Shown here piece by piece: positions 1-9,900 of a stretch of DNA of 64,000 bases. The DNA is taken from NCBI GenBank assembly GCA_001821395.1, contig MHLM01000015.1:2293-66292 (forward strand), given 5' to 3'. The stretch's first letter is position 1, and the number at the start of each line of letters is the position of its first letter. The translations under genes were made by a program, and so were the position numbers. This DNA comes from Candidatus Lloydbacteria bacterium RIFCSPHIGHO2_02_FULL_50_18 (GTDB lineage: Bacteria > Patescibacteriota > Minisyncoccia > Phycocordibacterales > UBA6899). The notes below the pieces were generated by a model that was given only the letters and a program-made list of their open reading frames with translations, ran no database searches and was not told where the DNA came from.

Positions 1-1400
1 TCGGACGAGCAAGAAATATCGCTCCAAACGCTTTTGCGAAACACATCAATGCCAGCCCTCCGGTAAATACGAGCGAAGAAGCGGCGAGCACGAATATCCA
101 TCTCAACGAATAATGGAAGCTTGTTATGCCCTGAAACAACGACTGATATGTTAACCACTCACTGAAAAATCCGTTCAACGGGGGCAGTGCGGAGATCGCC
201 ATTGAACCGATAAGGAAGAAGAGCGCAGTCGATGGCATATATTTTATCAGGCCTCCATATTCTTCCATGTTCTTGGTATGTACCTCATTGATCACCGATC
301 CGGCGCTCAAAAAGAGTAGCGACTTAAAGATCGCATGATTGATCGTATGAAAGAGGGCCGCAATAAAACTGAGCAATGCAAGTGAAGGGACTCCCAGAGT
401 ATAGAAGATCAGTGCGCTACCAAGCCCAAGCAAGATGATGCCGATATTTTCGATACTGTGATACGCTAGCAACCTCTTAATATCATGCTCAGTAAGTGCA
501 TAGAGCACTCCAAGTAAAGAAGAGACCGCACCGATGACCAACACTGTCTCACCCCACCACAATGGCACGGGCTGTAGTATGTCGAGGAATAATCTCATCA
601 TCATATAGATACCGGTCTTGATCATGACACCCGACATGAGCGCAGAAACGTGAGAAGGAGCAGCCGGATGCGCCGCAGGAAGCCAAATATGAAGCGGGAT
701 GATACCGGCCTTTATTCCGAAACCGATCAGCGCAAAAATAAAGATCGCATTTTTGACAGACTGAGGTACAAGCGCTATCCCCGATGCAATAGCTGAAAAG
801 TCAAAAGAACCGGTGTACTTATAGAGGAACAAGAAAGCCAAGATAATGAACGCCGTCCCGACATAGGTCATGACGAGATACAGTGAGCCCGCTTTGATAT
901 TTGCCGGATCGTTGCGATCATAGACAACGAGAAAGTAGGAGGCGATAGACATCAATTCCCATGCAATGAGAAAAAATAATGCATTTGCTGAAGATACGAC
1001 CAAAAACAAACTCAGGAAGAGGATGTTATAAAAAAACCCAAGCGTCCCTAGCTGATATTTCCCGTAGTAATGCGTAACGTAACCGAATGCATAGACAGAA
1101 CAAAAAACACCAATGAGCGAGATCGCAAATATAAAGAATGAAGAAAGTAGATCAACATGAAAAGAGAACGAGAGCAAGGAAAAAGGAGAACTCCCGATCA
1201 TGAAATCATACTCTTTACCCGCATAGATCGCAGCAGATGAAAAACATAACCCGAGAGCTGTGCCAAGTACCGCAAAAGAATTACTCCACCAATTTGTGAC
1301 TTTGTCATTTTTTTGCAAAAAAAGCGAGCCGATCGCGCCTGCTCCGAACAGCGCAAGCGCCGTAAGAAAAAATAGAGGAGAAAGTATTATTGTAAGCATA
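1..1400 (-). CDS. NuoL/M/N (HyfB/MrpD)-like proton-pumping antiporter subunit, truncated at the window edge (start codon at ~1400, extends left of position 1)
   Basis: Reverse-strand translation from ATG at 1398-1400 gives a continuous >460 aa multi-TM protein. It carries the NuoL/M/N signature WLPAAHPAAPSHVSALMSGVMIKTGIY (cf. [22 protein letters not shown]). Not in the ORF track because it runs off the window. Confidence 0.75.
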
Positions 1401-1997
1401 TTATTTTGCAGTTAGGGATCTCTTATCCACGACCTCCAGTATGTGCAGAAGCCCGAGCAAAATATCTTTGGGTGAGGGTGGGTCGCCGGGGATATGATAA
1501 TGAACCGGGATGACAGAATCCACGCCGTCCATGACTGCATATGAACCCCTGAAGATCCCTCCATCAAGCGCATCATCACCGATCGCTACCACGATCTTAG
1601 GTTCCGGGGTCGCTTCATAGGCGTCCTTGACCGCCGAAGCCATATTTCTTGTAACTGGTCCTGTGACAAAAAGCATATCGGCATGGCGAGGAGAAGCGAC
1701 AAAATGTATACCAAAACGTTCAACATCGTAAAAATTATTCGATAGCGCAACCAATTCCTGCTCGCAGGCATTGTCGGAACCGGCATCAACCTGCCTTATT
1801 GCGAGCGAACCATGAAAAAGGCGCTTAATATTATCGCGTACTTTTTCTCCCACCTCCGCATACGCTGCATTCGCAATATCCCCAGAGTCTATGCTAATGA
1901 CATTATTTGGTGTCTTAATTATTTTGAGAAAAATATTCAACATATTTACCATTATGAAACGTCTAATACACTCGGACGAAATCGCTATCCCCCTCAA
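1401..1997 (-). CDS. NuoB / [NiFe]-hydrogenase group-4 small-subunit homolog lacking Fe-S cysteine ligands (Ehr-like)
   Basis: Aligns to NuoB/HycG core: ERFGIHFVASPRHADMLFVTGPVTRNMASAVKDAYEATPEPKIVVAIGDDALDGGIF...VIPVHYHIPGDPPSPKDIL. The canonical cluster ligands are replaced: CC -> AC, GSC -> GDD, GC -> GV, PGCPP -> PGDPP. The true start may be an internal Met. Confidence 0.8.
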   Translation of the reverse strand: MRGIAISSECIRRFIMVNMLNIFLKIIKTPNNVISIDSGDIANAAYAEVGEKVRDNIKRLFHGSLAIRQVDAGSDNACEQELVALSNNFYDVERFGIHFVASPRHADMLFVTGPVTRNMASAVKDAYEATPEPKIVVAIGDDALDGGIFRGSYAVMDGVDSVIPVHYHIPGDPPSPKDILLGLLHILEVVDKRSLTAK

Positions 1998-2240
1998 CTA
2001 TTTTTTCAGAAAAATCCACACAAATTGAACCCCATACCACAGATACCATGCTAACCATAAAACGAAATATGGTTGCAACTGGTGCAACTAATAGAATAAA
2101 TATATGCAATTTTTAAAATTAAGTCAAAAAATGGACATACTGAAGCCCTTTTCTGCCATTCTCGCTTCAAGAATGAACGGAGTGTCATTAGGAAAAATTG
2201 GTCGCGCAAAGCTCTTCGATTCCTGTTGGAGGAAATTCCA

Positions 2241-2280
2241 ATGCCGGGAATCTCGGCTACCGCCGCGGGTGATATTCAAT
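2241..2280. repeat. tRNA-Pro 3'-end fragment (atgccgggaatc) fused to a conserved 34-nt element GGAATCTCGGCTACCGCCGCGGGTGATATTCAAT; attR-like scar
   Basis: 12 nt identical to the tRNA-Pro T-stem/T-loop region at 2531-2542. The following 34 nt are identical to 22816-22849, and a degenerate copy lies at 15126-15158. Confidence 0.6.
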
Positions 2281-2480
2281 CTCGACGACTCGATAATGAA
2301 TATCCTTTCGATTCTCGTCGACAGTGCCGCAGAGTGAGAATCGGTCACGAGTTACTAAGCTTTTTATTTCGCTACGCTCATAAAAATCTAAGTACTCTCG
2401 ACCCCGACTCGCTCGCCTCGAAGACTCGGCATAGCTCCGTCTTTCGATCCCCGGGCGGGACTGAGGCAGCTCAGTCCCTC

Positions 2481-2532
2481 ATCCCGACCATATGAAAAAA
2501 CACCTGATGGCGTTTTTTCATATGGTCGGGAT
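2481..2532 (-). terminator. Extended palindrome / intrinsic terminator overlapping the tRNA-Pro 3' end
   Basis: ATCCCGACCATATG-AAAAAA-[CACCTGATGGCG]-TTTTTT-CATATGGTCGGGAT. The outer arms are an inverted copy of the tRNA 3' terminus. The inner stem is flanked by A6/T6 tracts, so it could terminate in either direction. Confidence 0.6.
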
Positions 2533-2596
2533 GCCGGGAATCGAACCCGGTTCTTGCGAACCCGAATCGCAAATACTACCGGTGTACTACATCCCG
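2523..2596 (-). tRNA. tRNA-Pro (anticodon CGG), CCA encoded
   Basis: Manual fold: acceptor CGGGATG/CATCCCG, D-stem GTAC/GTAT, anticodon stem TGCGA/TCGCA with loop TTCGGGT (G37), T-arm CCGGG-TTCGATT-CCCGG, discriminator A, then CCA. Confidence 0.85.
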
Positions 2597-2663
2597 TCTA
2601 TTCTCTGACGGTTCCAACTCAATAAATAACTCATCTACTATACTCCACAAAACACCTTCAACG

Positions 2664-2897
2664 CTAGAGCCCGGTGAGCGCCGTTGAATAACTATCTAAA
2701 AACGAAGGGATCACAAGCACGAGCCCGATGAGTGGAATAATGAATACTGCAAGCGTGATCACCATCGTCCAAAAGAAATATTTTCTCGTCTTCTCTACTG
2801 AGACGTATATTGCATCGATCTTCCCCTCAAGCGTCTCAAGTTTTTTGTTTATTTCTGTTTCCATATTGCAAAGTGTAGCACGAGAAAATTCTTCCAA
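2664..2897 (-). CDS. Small hypothetical membrane protein (77 aa)
   Basis: ORF with a C-terminal hydrophobic TM segment (FFWTMVITLAVFIIPLIGLVLVIPSF). No recognisable domain. Confidence 0.35.
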   Translation of the reverse strand: MEEFSRATLCNMETEINKKLETLEGKIDAIYVSVEKTRKYFFWTMVITLAVFIIPLIGLVLVIPSFLDSYSTALTGL

Positions 2898-3008
2898 ACA
2901 GCCTTGAGCGCGAGGCGTGGGGAAAGTGATGAGGAAGACTTATTCGTATAAGTTGACCGAATCACAGGGGTCCCCACAACAAAGTGGGCAAGGTTGTTTG
3001 GAGGGATT

Positions 3009-4790
3009 TTACCAACTTCCGCCACCACCGCCACCACCACCGCCTCCCGACATACCTCCCCCGCCCGAACCTCCGCCCGCACTTGCGAACGCAGTGCCCG
3101 CACTCGTACTAAAGGCCCCCATCGAAGCTGCCAGCGCGGCCGCATTAAACCGTACCCCGCCGCCCTGGTACCAACGTTCGGCATCTTTCTTCGTGTACAT
3201 GTCCACAAACTTTTCCGCCCAGGCTTTCTCGACACCAAAGATCATCGCGTATGGAAGAAATCGTTCAAACGTTTTTGGCTCTTTTTCCGGTGCGTTTGCA
3301 AAATCGATGCGATCCTTCTCCGCAACGGAGAGATATTCCTTAAACCCCTCGATCTCTTCACGCGCAATAGCACCCTGCTGTGTCCGTTTGCCCATAAAGT
3401 ATCCGAAGACCGTGACGATGACACCTGAAACAATGAGTGCCAAATTCCCGAATGAAAGCAGTGAGCCGATGACTATCAATGCGATACCTGTCAGCACGTA
3501 ATTCCTCGTCGTGACCTGCGGATCCGTTTCAAAATAACCCAAAGAGGTGAGATCGACAGCGATGAGCTTTGATAGTTCACTCCTCACATCGACAAACTTG
3601 TGCGCAAGGGTTGATACGAGCACCGTTTCCCCGCTCGCACGAAGCGTATCGTAAAGCATTTTTTCCGGTGCAGTAAGCAGGCTCGTATCAACGCCGGGGA
3701 GAAAATGCAGTCGATGATCTTCGTTTGTGACCAACAGTCTCTTTTTCTTCGTACGCTCGATAGTGAGCAATCCGCGCACGGCGAAGTCGATGATCGCTGC
3801 TGATATTGTTTTGGGCTTGAGATCCGAGTGATACAAATATCCGAGCTCAAGTGTCGTCAAATGCTTCGGTATATCGTATTGCGCGATGATCGTCCCCCGG
3901 CCTTTTGGATCGCGACCCTTTTTCCACCAGATATTCCACATGACCACGAATACGACAAGCGGTATGAGTGCACTCATGCCAAGAAAATCATTTTTCCACC
4001 AGCGATAGAATCCCACACTGTCTGCGAGTTTTTTCACCGATGACTTTGGAGCAATGAGGAATATGCCCTTCGGTATCCCTACGGCAACGGTCATTCCCTC
4101 ATTTGAGTGCAGCGAGCCATCATAGGTAAAACGTACGGAATTGATGATTCCCGTTCCCTCTTGCGGAGTGGACGATGCGGTGCACAATGCAGTGCTTCCC
4201 AGGGGACCAACATAACACGCACTTGAAATACTATTTTCGTTGAGCGGAAGCGGCAGGATCACGTCAGTACGTACTGCGGCGATAGTTTGCTTCCATTCAT
4301 TCCCCGTGACATTCCAATAGAACTCATCCTTGCCTGCCAACCCCTGATTGATCGCACCCCAGACCGTGTAATGAATGACGTAGAGCTGTCTTCCCGTGAC
4401 CTCAACATCAGGGTCGCCGATCTTCAACTCCATATAATTCCCTCCGCCCGAATACTTCGACTCCCGGAGGTTTCCCTTGCCGTCCGTGACCATGATACTT
4501 GAGATCTCTATGCTGCGTGCTGCACGCTCTCCCGGAACGGTGAAAGTGAGCGGAATGCGACGATAGATCCCATGTCGCACTTCACCATCCGGATTAAAAC
4601 TATAGACGATCTCTTCTTGCACGACAGCACTACCGTTCGGTTTCAACTCGATATGCGCAGTGAATGCGTCGATAGAGTCATCCGCGAACGCGAAAAAAGG
4701 CGTCAAAAAAAAGAAAGCAGCACAGACCAGTCGAAGAAACCGATGATCAGTCATTGTCACCGAGCTTCTTTTTAACGTCCTCGAATTCAT
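3009..4790 (-). CDS. DUF2207-family membrane protein with C-terminal poly-Gly tail
   Basis: Signal/anchor at the N-terminus, a large extracytoplasmic domain, TM helices mid-protein and a C-terminal GGGSGGGGMSGGGGGGGGGG tail: the architecture typical of DUF2207 proteins. Confidence 0.7.
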   Translation of the reverse strand: MNSRTLKRSSVTMTDHRFLRLVCAAFFFLTPFFAFADDSIDAFTAHIELKPNGSAVVQEEIVYSFNPDGEVRHGIYRRIPLTFTVPGERAARSIEISSIMVTDGKGNLRESKYSGGGNYMELKIGDPDVEVTGRQLYVIHYTVWGAINQGLAGKDEFYWNVTGNEWKQTIAAVRTDVILPLPLNENSISSACYVGPLGSTALCTASSTPQEGTGIINSVRFTYDGSLHSNEGMTVAVGIPKGIFLIAPKSSVKKLADSVGFYRWWKNDFLGMSALIPLVVFVVMWNIWWKKGRDPKGRGTIIAQYDIPKHLTTLELGYLYHSDLKPKTISAAIIDFAVRGLLTIERTKKKRLLVTNEDHRLHFLPGVDTSLLTAPEKMLYDTLRASGETVLVSTLAHKFVDVRSELSKLIAVDLTSLGYFETDPQVTTRNYVLTGIALIVIGSLLSFGNLALIVSGVIVTVFGYFMGKRTQQGAIAREEIEGFKEYLSVAEKDRIDFANAPEKEPKTFERFLPYAMIFGVEKAWAEKFVDMYTKKDAERWYQGGGVRFNAAALAASMGAFSTSAGTAFASAGGGSGGGGMSGGGGGGGGGGSW

Positions 4791-4956
4791 TTTCCAATTC
4801 CTTAAGACGCTCTTTACTTGCCTTGATAAGCTCGGCCCCTTCCTTCACTTTCTCAATCCCTTTTTCAACGTCGATCTCTTCTTGCGACTCGAACCACTCC
4901 GTGATGGCGCGAAGTTTTTTCATCATCTCGGTTATATTGGCTGTGCTTTTTGGCAT
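4747..4956 (-). CDS. xseB: Exodeoxyribonuclease VII small subunit
   Basis: 69 aa helical protein (ITEWFESQEEIDVEKGIEKVKEGAELIKASKERLKELENE) matching the XseB family. It lies immediately downstream of xseA. Confidence 0.8.
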   Translation of the reverse strand: MPKSTANITEMMKKLRAITEWFESQEEIDVEKGIEKVKEGAELIKASKERLKELENEFEDVKKKLGDND

Positions 4957-4959
4957 ATA

Positions 4960-6525
4960 TTATTTATCGTTAATCGGATGTTTCTCCTTAGTTTCAACCA
5001 CCAGTGTACCATCTGAAAGACGGGCATCAAAACTCTGCCCGACGGCGATATCAGCAATACTGCGGACCACCTTTCCGCCGTGAGTGAGAATGCTATAGCC
5101 GAGTTTTAATTGACGAAGCGGATCATTTTGCTGAACCGATCGCGCAGCGGAGGCAAGCGCCTCAAGGACAAAGCGGCGTTGTTGCCTATACTGCTCAAGA
5201 AGTGTCTTGCTCGAATAATGCAGCTCATCCTTTTTGGATGATAATTGACGCGCAAGGAGAAGGACCGAATCATTGAAGCTCGTGATGAGCAGGCGAAATG
5301 GTTGAATAAGCACATCGAGCCGTGTTTCCAATTCACCGCTTACGGTTCGCAGGGCATCTTGCATCCGCCACACATCCTGCTCGAAGCGAACGATCAACCC
5401 TCGGGAGAGCGTTTGCAGTTCGTGTATCGTATGCTCCCACGACGCATTGAGGAGGATGGTCGTTGCCGTCGGGGTCGATGGTGCGTAGTCGGCAACAAGC
5501 TGCACGAGCGGCACATCCTTGTCGTGCCCGATGGCACAGATGGTAACGGCGGGAAACGTCGCAACCTTGCGCACCACGTGCTCGTTATTGAAAGCCTGTA
5601 GACTCTCGAGTGACCCTCCGCCACGAACAAGCACAAGGACGTCAATATCTTTCGATTCGAGTAGTGTGAGTGCGGCAAGAATATCTTTGACGGCTCCCGC
5701 TCCTTCAACGCGTGAATCGACGAAGACCACATGATAGCCGAATCGGCCGAGATTATTGAGAAAATCGTGAATGACCGCACCGGAGCGCGATGTCACGAGA
5801 CCGATACGTATCGGATGTTCTTTAAGCTGCCGCTTCCTCTCGGGCGCAAATAGCCCTTCAAGCTCAAGTTTCTTTTTAAGTTCGTTGTAGGCCTTCTGGA
5901 ATGCCCCTTCCCCAACGAGCTCGATCGTTTCCGCACGAAAACTGAAACGTCCCGAGGGTTTATATATCTCGCTTCTTCCCTCGAGGATGACCTCAAGCCC
6001 CTCGGCGAGCGTGATTCCCGCAAGCGCAAAATCACTCATCCACATGAAGACTGAGAGCATGCTTCCGTCTTCCGCATCGCGGAGGGAGAAGTAGACTGCT
6101 TTCCCCTGCTCCTTGAAGCTCGTCACCTCACCCTTCACGGTCGCGCGCATGCGCCAGAGCTCCCGATTCACGATGTCGAGATAGGTGCTGACGGAATAGA
6201 GCATGCGTTCCTCCTTCGGCTTTGGCAACACCATTCCATCCACAATGTAGGAAATAGCGGTAATCTCATCGGGCTTTTGTCCAAAGGCTGCCTTTGGAGT
6301 TTCCGCACCGCCGCCTTCTTTGACCATATTGAGGATTGCAGCTCCATATTGATTGTACTTCGCTTCCTTGATGCCCTTGATGGCCGTCAGCTCTTCCTTG
6401 GTCTTCGGCATTGCTCGCACGATCTCGTCGATCGCGCTGTTCGGCAGCACGCGAAAAAGCTCAACGCCTTTCTTTGCCGCCTCACTCTCCCTCCATGCAT
6501 GTAATACGCTTCGCAGATTTGCCAT
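4960..6525 (-). CDS. xseA: Exodeoxyribonuclease VII large subunit with an N-terminal HRDC domain
   Basis: OB-fold plus the XseA catalytic core (IGLVTSRSGAVIHDFLNNLGRF...VLVLVRGGGSLESLQAFNNE). The N-terminal ~75 aa form an HRDC-like domain (LFRVLPNSAIDEIVRAMPKTKEELTAIKGI...YGAAIL). Confidence 0.85.
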   Translation of the reverse strand: MANLRSVLHAWRESEAAKKGVELFRVLPNSAIDEIVRAMPKTKEELTAIKGIKEAKYNQYGAAILNMVKEGGGAETPKAAFGQKPDEITAISYIVDGMVLPKPKEERMLYSVSTYLDIVNRELWRMRATVKGEVTSFKEQGKAVYFSLRDAEDGSMLSVFMWMSDFALAGITLAEGLEVILEGRSEIYKPSGRFSFRAETIELVGEGAFQKAYNELKKKLELEGLFAPERKRQLKEHPIRIGLVTSRSGAVIHDFLNNLGRFGYHVVFVDSRVEGAGAVKDILAALTLLESKDIDVLVLVRGGGSLESLQAFNNEHVVRKVATFPAVTICAIGHDKDVPLVQLVADYAPSTPTATTILLNASWEHTIHELQTLSRGLIVRFEQDVWRMQDALRTVSGELETRLDVLIQPFRLLITSFNDSVLLLARQLSSKKDELHYSSKTLLEQYRQQRRFVLEALASAARSVQQNDPLRQLKLGYSILTHGGKVVRSIADIAVGQSFDARLSDGTLVVETKEKHPINDK

Positions 6526-6656
6526 ACGGGTATTCTACTACATGAAGCGAATTGATGGCAGAAAATTGAATTCTCCAAATATACTTCGGTATTCTCTATA
6601 AAATTAAAACTAACAAAAATACCCCAAAATGGGATATTTGAATTCTAACCAAATAC

Positions 6657-6866
6657 TTACTTTGTTCCTTGCTGTTTCTGGAAATGATTTGGGCATTCCG
6701 GCTGAATGCAGCCCAATACTTTGAATACAAAGAATTTTCTCCTGAGCGAACTTCCACACGTCTTACATTTGGGGGAAGACTCCGGATCGCTACTCCTAAT
6801 GAGCCTGGCGGGTGGCGGATTTGGTTTTCCCGCAGCATCGTATCCGAATTTCCATTCATCTGCCAT
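6657..6866 (-). CDS. Possible small zinc-ribbon protein (69 aa); doubtful
   Basis: CKTCGSS...CIQPEC looks like a CxxC...CxxxxC pair. It sits in an otherwise non-coding 460-bp gap. Weak evidence. Confidence 0.2.
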   Translation of the reverse strand: MADEWKFGYDAAGKPNPPPARLIRSSDPESSPKCKTCGSSLRRKFFVFKVLGCIQPECPNHFQKQQGTK

Positions 6867-6989
6867 TCATATTCCCCTTCTCATGTTCTGAGCATAAACT
6901 ACCCTACAAAAAAATTGTGTCAAATCACACCTAGCATAAACGAAGCATGGTGTTCAACTTATAAAAATACTGCTCATTACGGCGAAGCA

Positions 6990-9900
6990 CTATACTGCCC
7001 CCGCAATGAGGTCTTCTTCGAATTGTTCGATTCCAGCAAGATCGGGGGAATATTTTGAAACATCCGGAAAATCAAGGCTGATGATCTTTTTATGGACCGC
7101 CTGGATCAGCTGCTTGAGACGTGCAACGTCTTCGTCGGTTATCGAAAGCGAAAGCGATCTGATCTCGCCGTCGACTGGCTCAAGAAATTCAAGCGTTCCT
7201 TCGTGCACCTTCCAATTGGCAAACTCGTGGGAATTTTCGACGAGAATCTTATAGAACACCAGCTGACGTTTGTAATTATGGAGTGTGACCTTCTCGCGCG
7301 CATCCTTTCCGTCCCAGTCATACTTCGCTTTTCCGGTCTTGAAGTCGATGACATGCATATTCCCTTCTTCCTCGACCATCTTGTCGATCTTGCCCGTGAG
7401 TTGGACGTCTTCGAGAACGACGCCCTGAGCGCGAAAATCCGCTTCCGAGCGGTCGGCCTTCTTTGCGGTCTTCCCTCTCTTCTCCCACCAGACATCAAGC
7501 GCCTCTCTTCCGTGATCGCGAAAATGTGTGCGCTCAGATCGCATCATCCGTTCCTTTTCGATCGCCTCATCGAAGAAGCGAACGAGATCAGCCTTTGATG
7601 GAATTTTCCCGCTCTTGTGCAAATGGCGATAGAATATTTCGATAGCCTTGTGCATCGCGCTGCCGAATGCACTCGAGGGACTCATCGCCTGCGGGAAGCG
7701 CAGCAGATTCTGTTCAAGAAAAGCGGTCGGTCCTCCGATAGTGACATTGAGAAAATTATTCAGATGCGTGACGCTCATGCGGTAATCCTTCACCAGCTCG
7801 GCAAGTATCGCTTGCTCGCCGGGAACAATCGGGTAGAACGACGGATGATCGGGCACCCCCGCGATCGCCTGCACGATCTCCTCGGCTGATACACTTGTCT
7901 CGTTTTGCGCAACATGTGTTGCGAGTGAGCCCTCAGGCTTGTCCGGTTTGATGTAGTGCACGGTGAGCGTGTCTTTCCCCGCATCGTCTTTGCGATATGC
8001 AGAGAGACACAGATGGCGCTTCGCACGCGTCAGTGCAACGTAGAAGATGCGCAATCGATCGTCACCGCCCTCCTCTCGCTCGATAGGAAGATTGATCGGG
8101 AACGGGAGTTTATTCGGGAATCCACGACCCGCCCATACTTCCTCCTGACAGGAGATGACGAAGACCGCATCGAACTCGAGGCCTTTTGCCTTGTGCGCGG
8201 TCATCAGATTCACCGCATTTGCGGCGCTTGCGAATGGCGTTGTGTCGGCGAGTGAGATACCATTCCGCTCGTGCATGTCCGCAAACTCTACTAAGTGACT
8301 GAGCGTGAGCTGTTTTCCCTTACGAAATTCACGAAGTGAGCCGACAAACACGCGCAGACTCGAAAGAAAGAGCAGATACCGCGGCTCATTATTCCTCCGC
8401 GCAATAGGACCAAAATAGAACTCACGGAAGGGACTCTTCCATGTGCTTGGTTTTTTATCCGAAACGAAAGGTTTGATCGATTCATCGTGCGCGTCCTCGC
8501 CCCCTCCCGGCAGGAGCACGCCGTCACTCCCGATCAGTTCATCGAGAATGCGCTCAAGCGGCTCATGCTGTGAGCGTGCCGCGATCTCGATCAGCCATTC
8601 TCCAATGATGCGCAACTTCTCGTTCGGATGCTCTTTCATTGCGCCGATCCACAATCGATCGTCCCGTCTATTCGCCGCGACAGAGAGATCCCAGATATCC
8701 TTTCGGCTGATGCCCCAGAACGGTGCAGTAAGTATCTCGGGCAAATATTGATCGGCCTCTTTTTGGTCACTCTTCAATAGTGTGACGATGAAGCGCGCCA
8801 ATGTGACGATGATGCGAATGTGCTCCTCTTCAAATACATTCTGCTTGCGCTCATAGGTGATCGGCATGCCGCTGCGCACCAAGACGCGTGCAATATCTTC
8901 AAGCTCCCGGTGCCTGCGAGAAATGATGGCGATCTCTTTTGCGGGTACACCTTCGGAAATCAGACGCTTCACCTCGTGCGCGACATACGCGTATTCGTGT
9001 GCGCGAGTCGGGAGCAACATGTGTTCGATGTTGCCCTTACCAAGCTCAGGTCGCGCGGCGATCAGCTTTTTCTCGAGCGTAGGAATGACCCGCTCGAGCC
9101 GCTCGTCACTCTTTTCGATCACCTCTCGAGCAACATCGAGAATGTCCTGTGTTGAACGATAGTTCTTGGTGAGCACGATGAGCGCATGGTCCTTGTAGTG
9201 TTTGGGGAAATCAAGAATATTCGATATCTCAGCACCTTGAAAGCGATAGATAGCCTGATCGTCATCGCCCACGATCATGATATTCGCCTTACCTTCGTTC
9301 ACCGGCGCATTACCGAGATGGCGAACGAGTCGCAGCTGTGCATCATTCGTGTCCTGAAATTCATCGACGAGAATGTACTGATAGCGTTCCTGCAGGTCAG
9401 CAAGGAGTGACGGATGATCCTCAAGCGTTGAAACGACGTCAAGCAACATGTCATCAAAATCATAATAACCCTCCTTCCGCATCTCTTCGCGATACCGTGC
9501 GTATATATCTGCAAGCGAACGCATTTTATCGAGATAGAGCGTGTCCTTGAATACCCGTTCATCAGCATCGGTAGTCTTCATCCATGACTGCTTCCACGCC
9601 GAAAGCGGAGCGGTCTTCTCTTCATCAATCGACAGACGCAGCGCCCGAGTGAGTGACAGTCCAATACTTGCTGAGATCGGAAGCCGAGCATCAAGCGGTA
9701 CCGGAGCGCCGCCCTCCGCGGCGAGTTCCTTTGCGATGGCAGCGATCGGATCAAATGAATTTTTCGATAGACGCTCTGCGAATATCTTTCCAAGGAGTGT
9801 GTTGATGTGTTCGAGCGATCGCTCATTCCCTTCTATCAATTCTACAAATTCGTGAGGCGTAATGCCTGCCTGTTTCAAAAGTCCGATCGCCCGCTTCGCA

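Noticed and set aside
3012-3075. GGN/CCN simple repeat (ccaccaccgccaccacc...)
   Set aside because: It is not a VNTR or CRISPR element. It encodes the C-terminal poly-Gly tail of the DUF2207 protein.
2917-3501. Plus-strand ORFs (194 aa and 144 aa) encoding Pro-rich, low-complexity protein opposite the DUF2207 gene
   Set aside because: They are antisense shadows of the (GGN)n/Gly-rich coding region of the minus-strand gene. They give poly-Pro low-complexity translation with no independent support.
6526-6989. Several 60-130 aa ORFs in the xseA/helicase intergenic gap
   Set aside because: They are mutually overlapping and low-complexity. Only the 69-aa CxxC ORF is kept as a low-confidence feature. 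No promoter-like or RNA signatures could be confirmed by eye.
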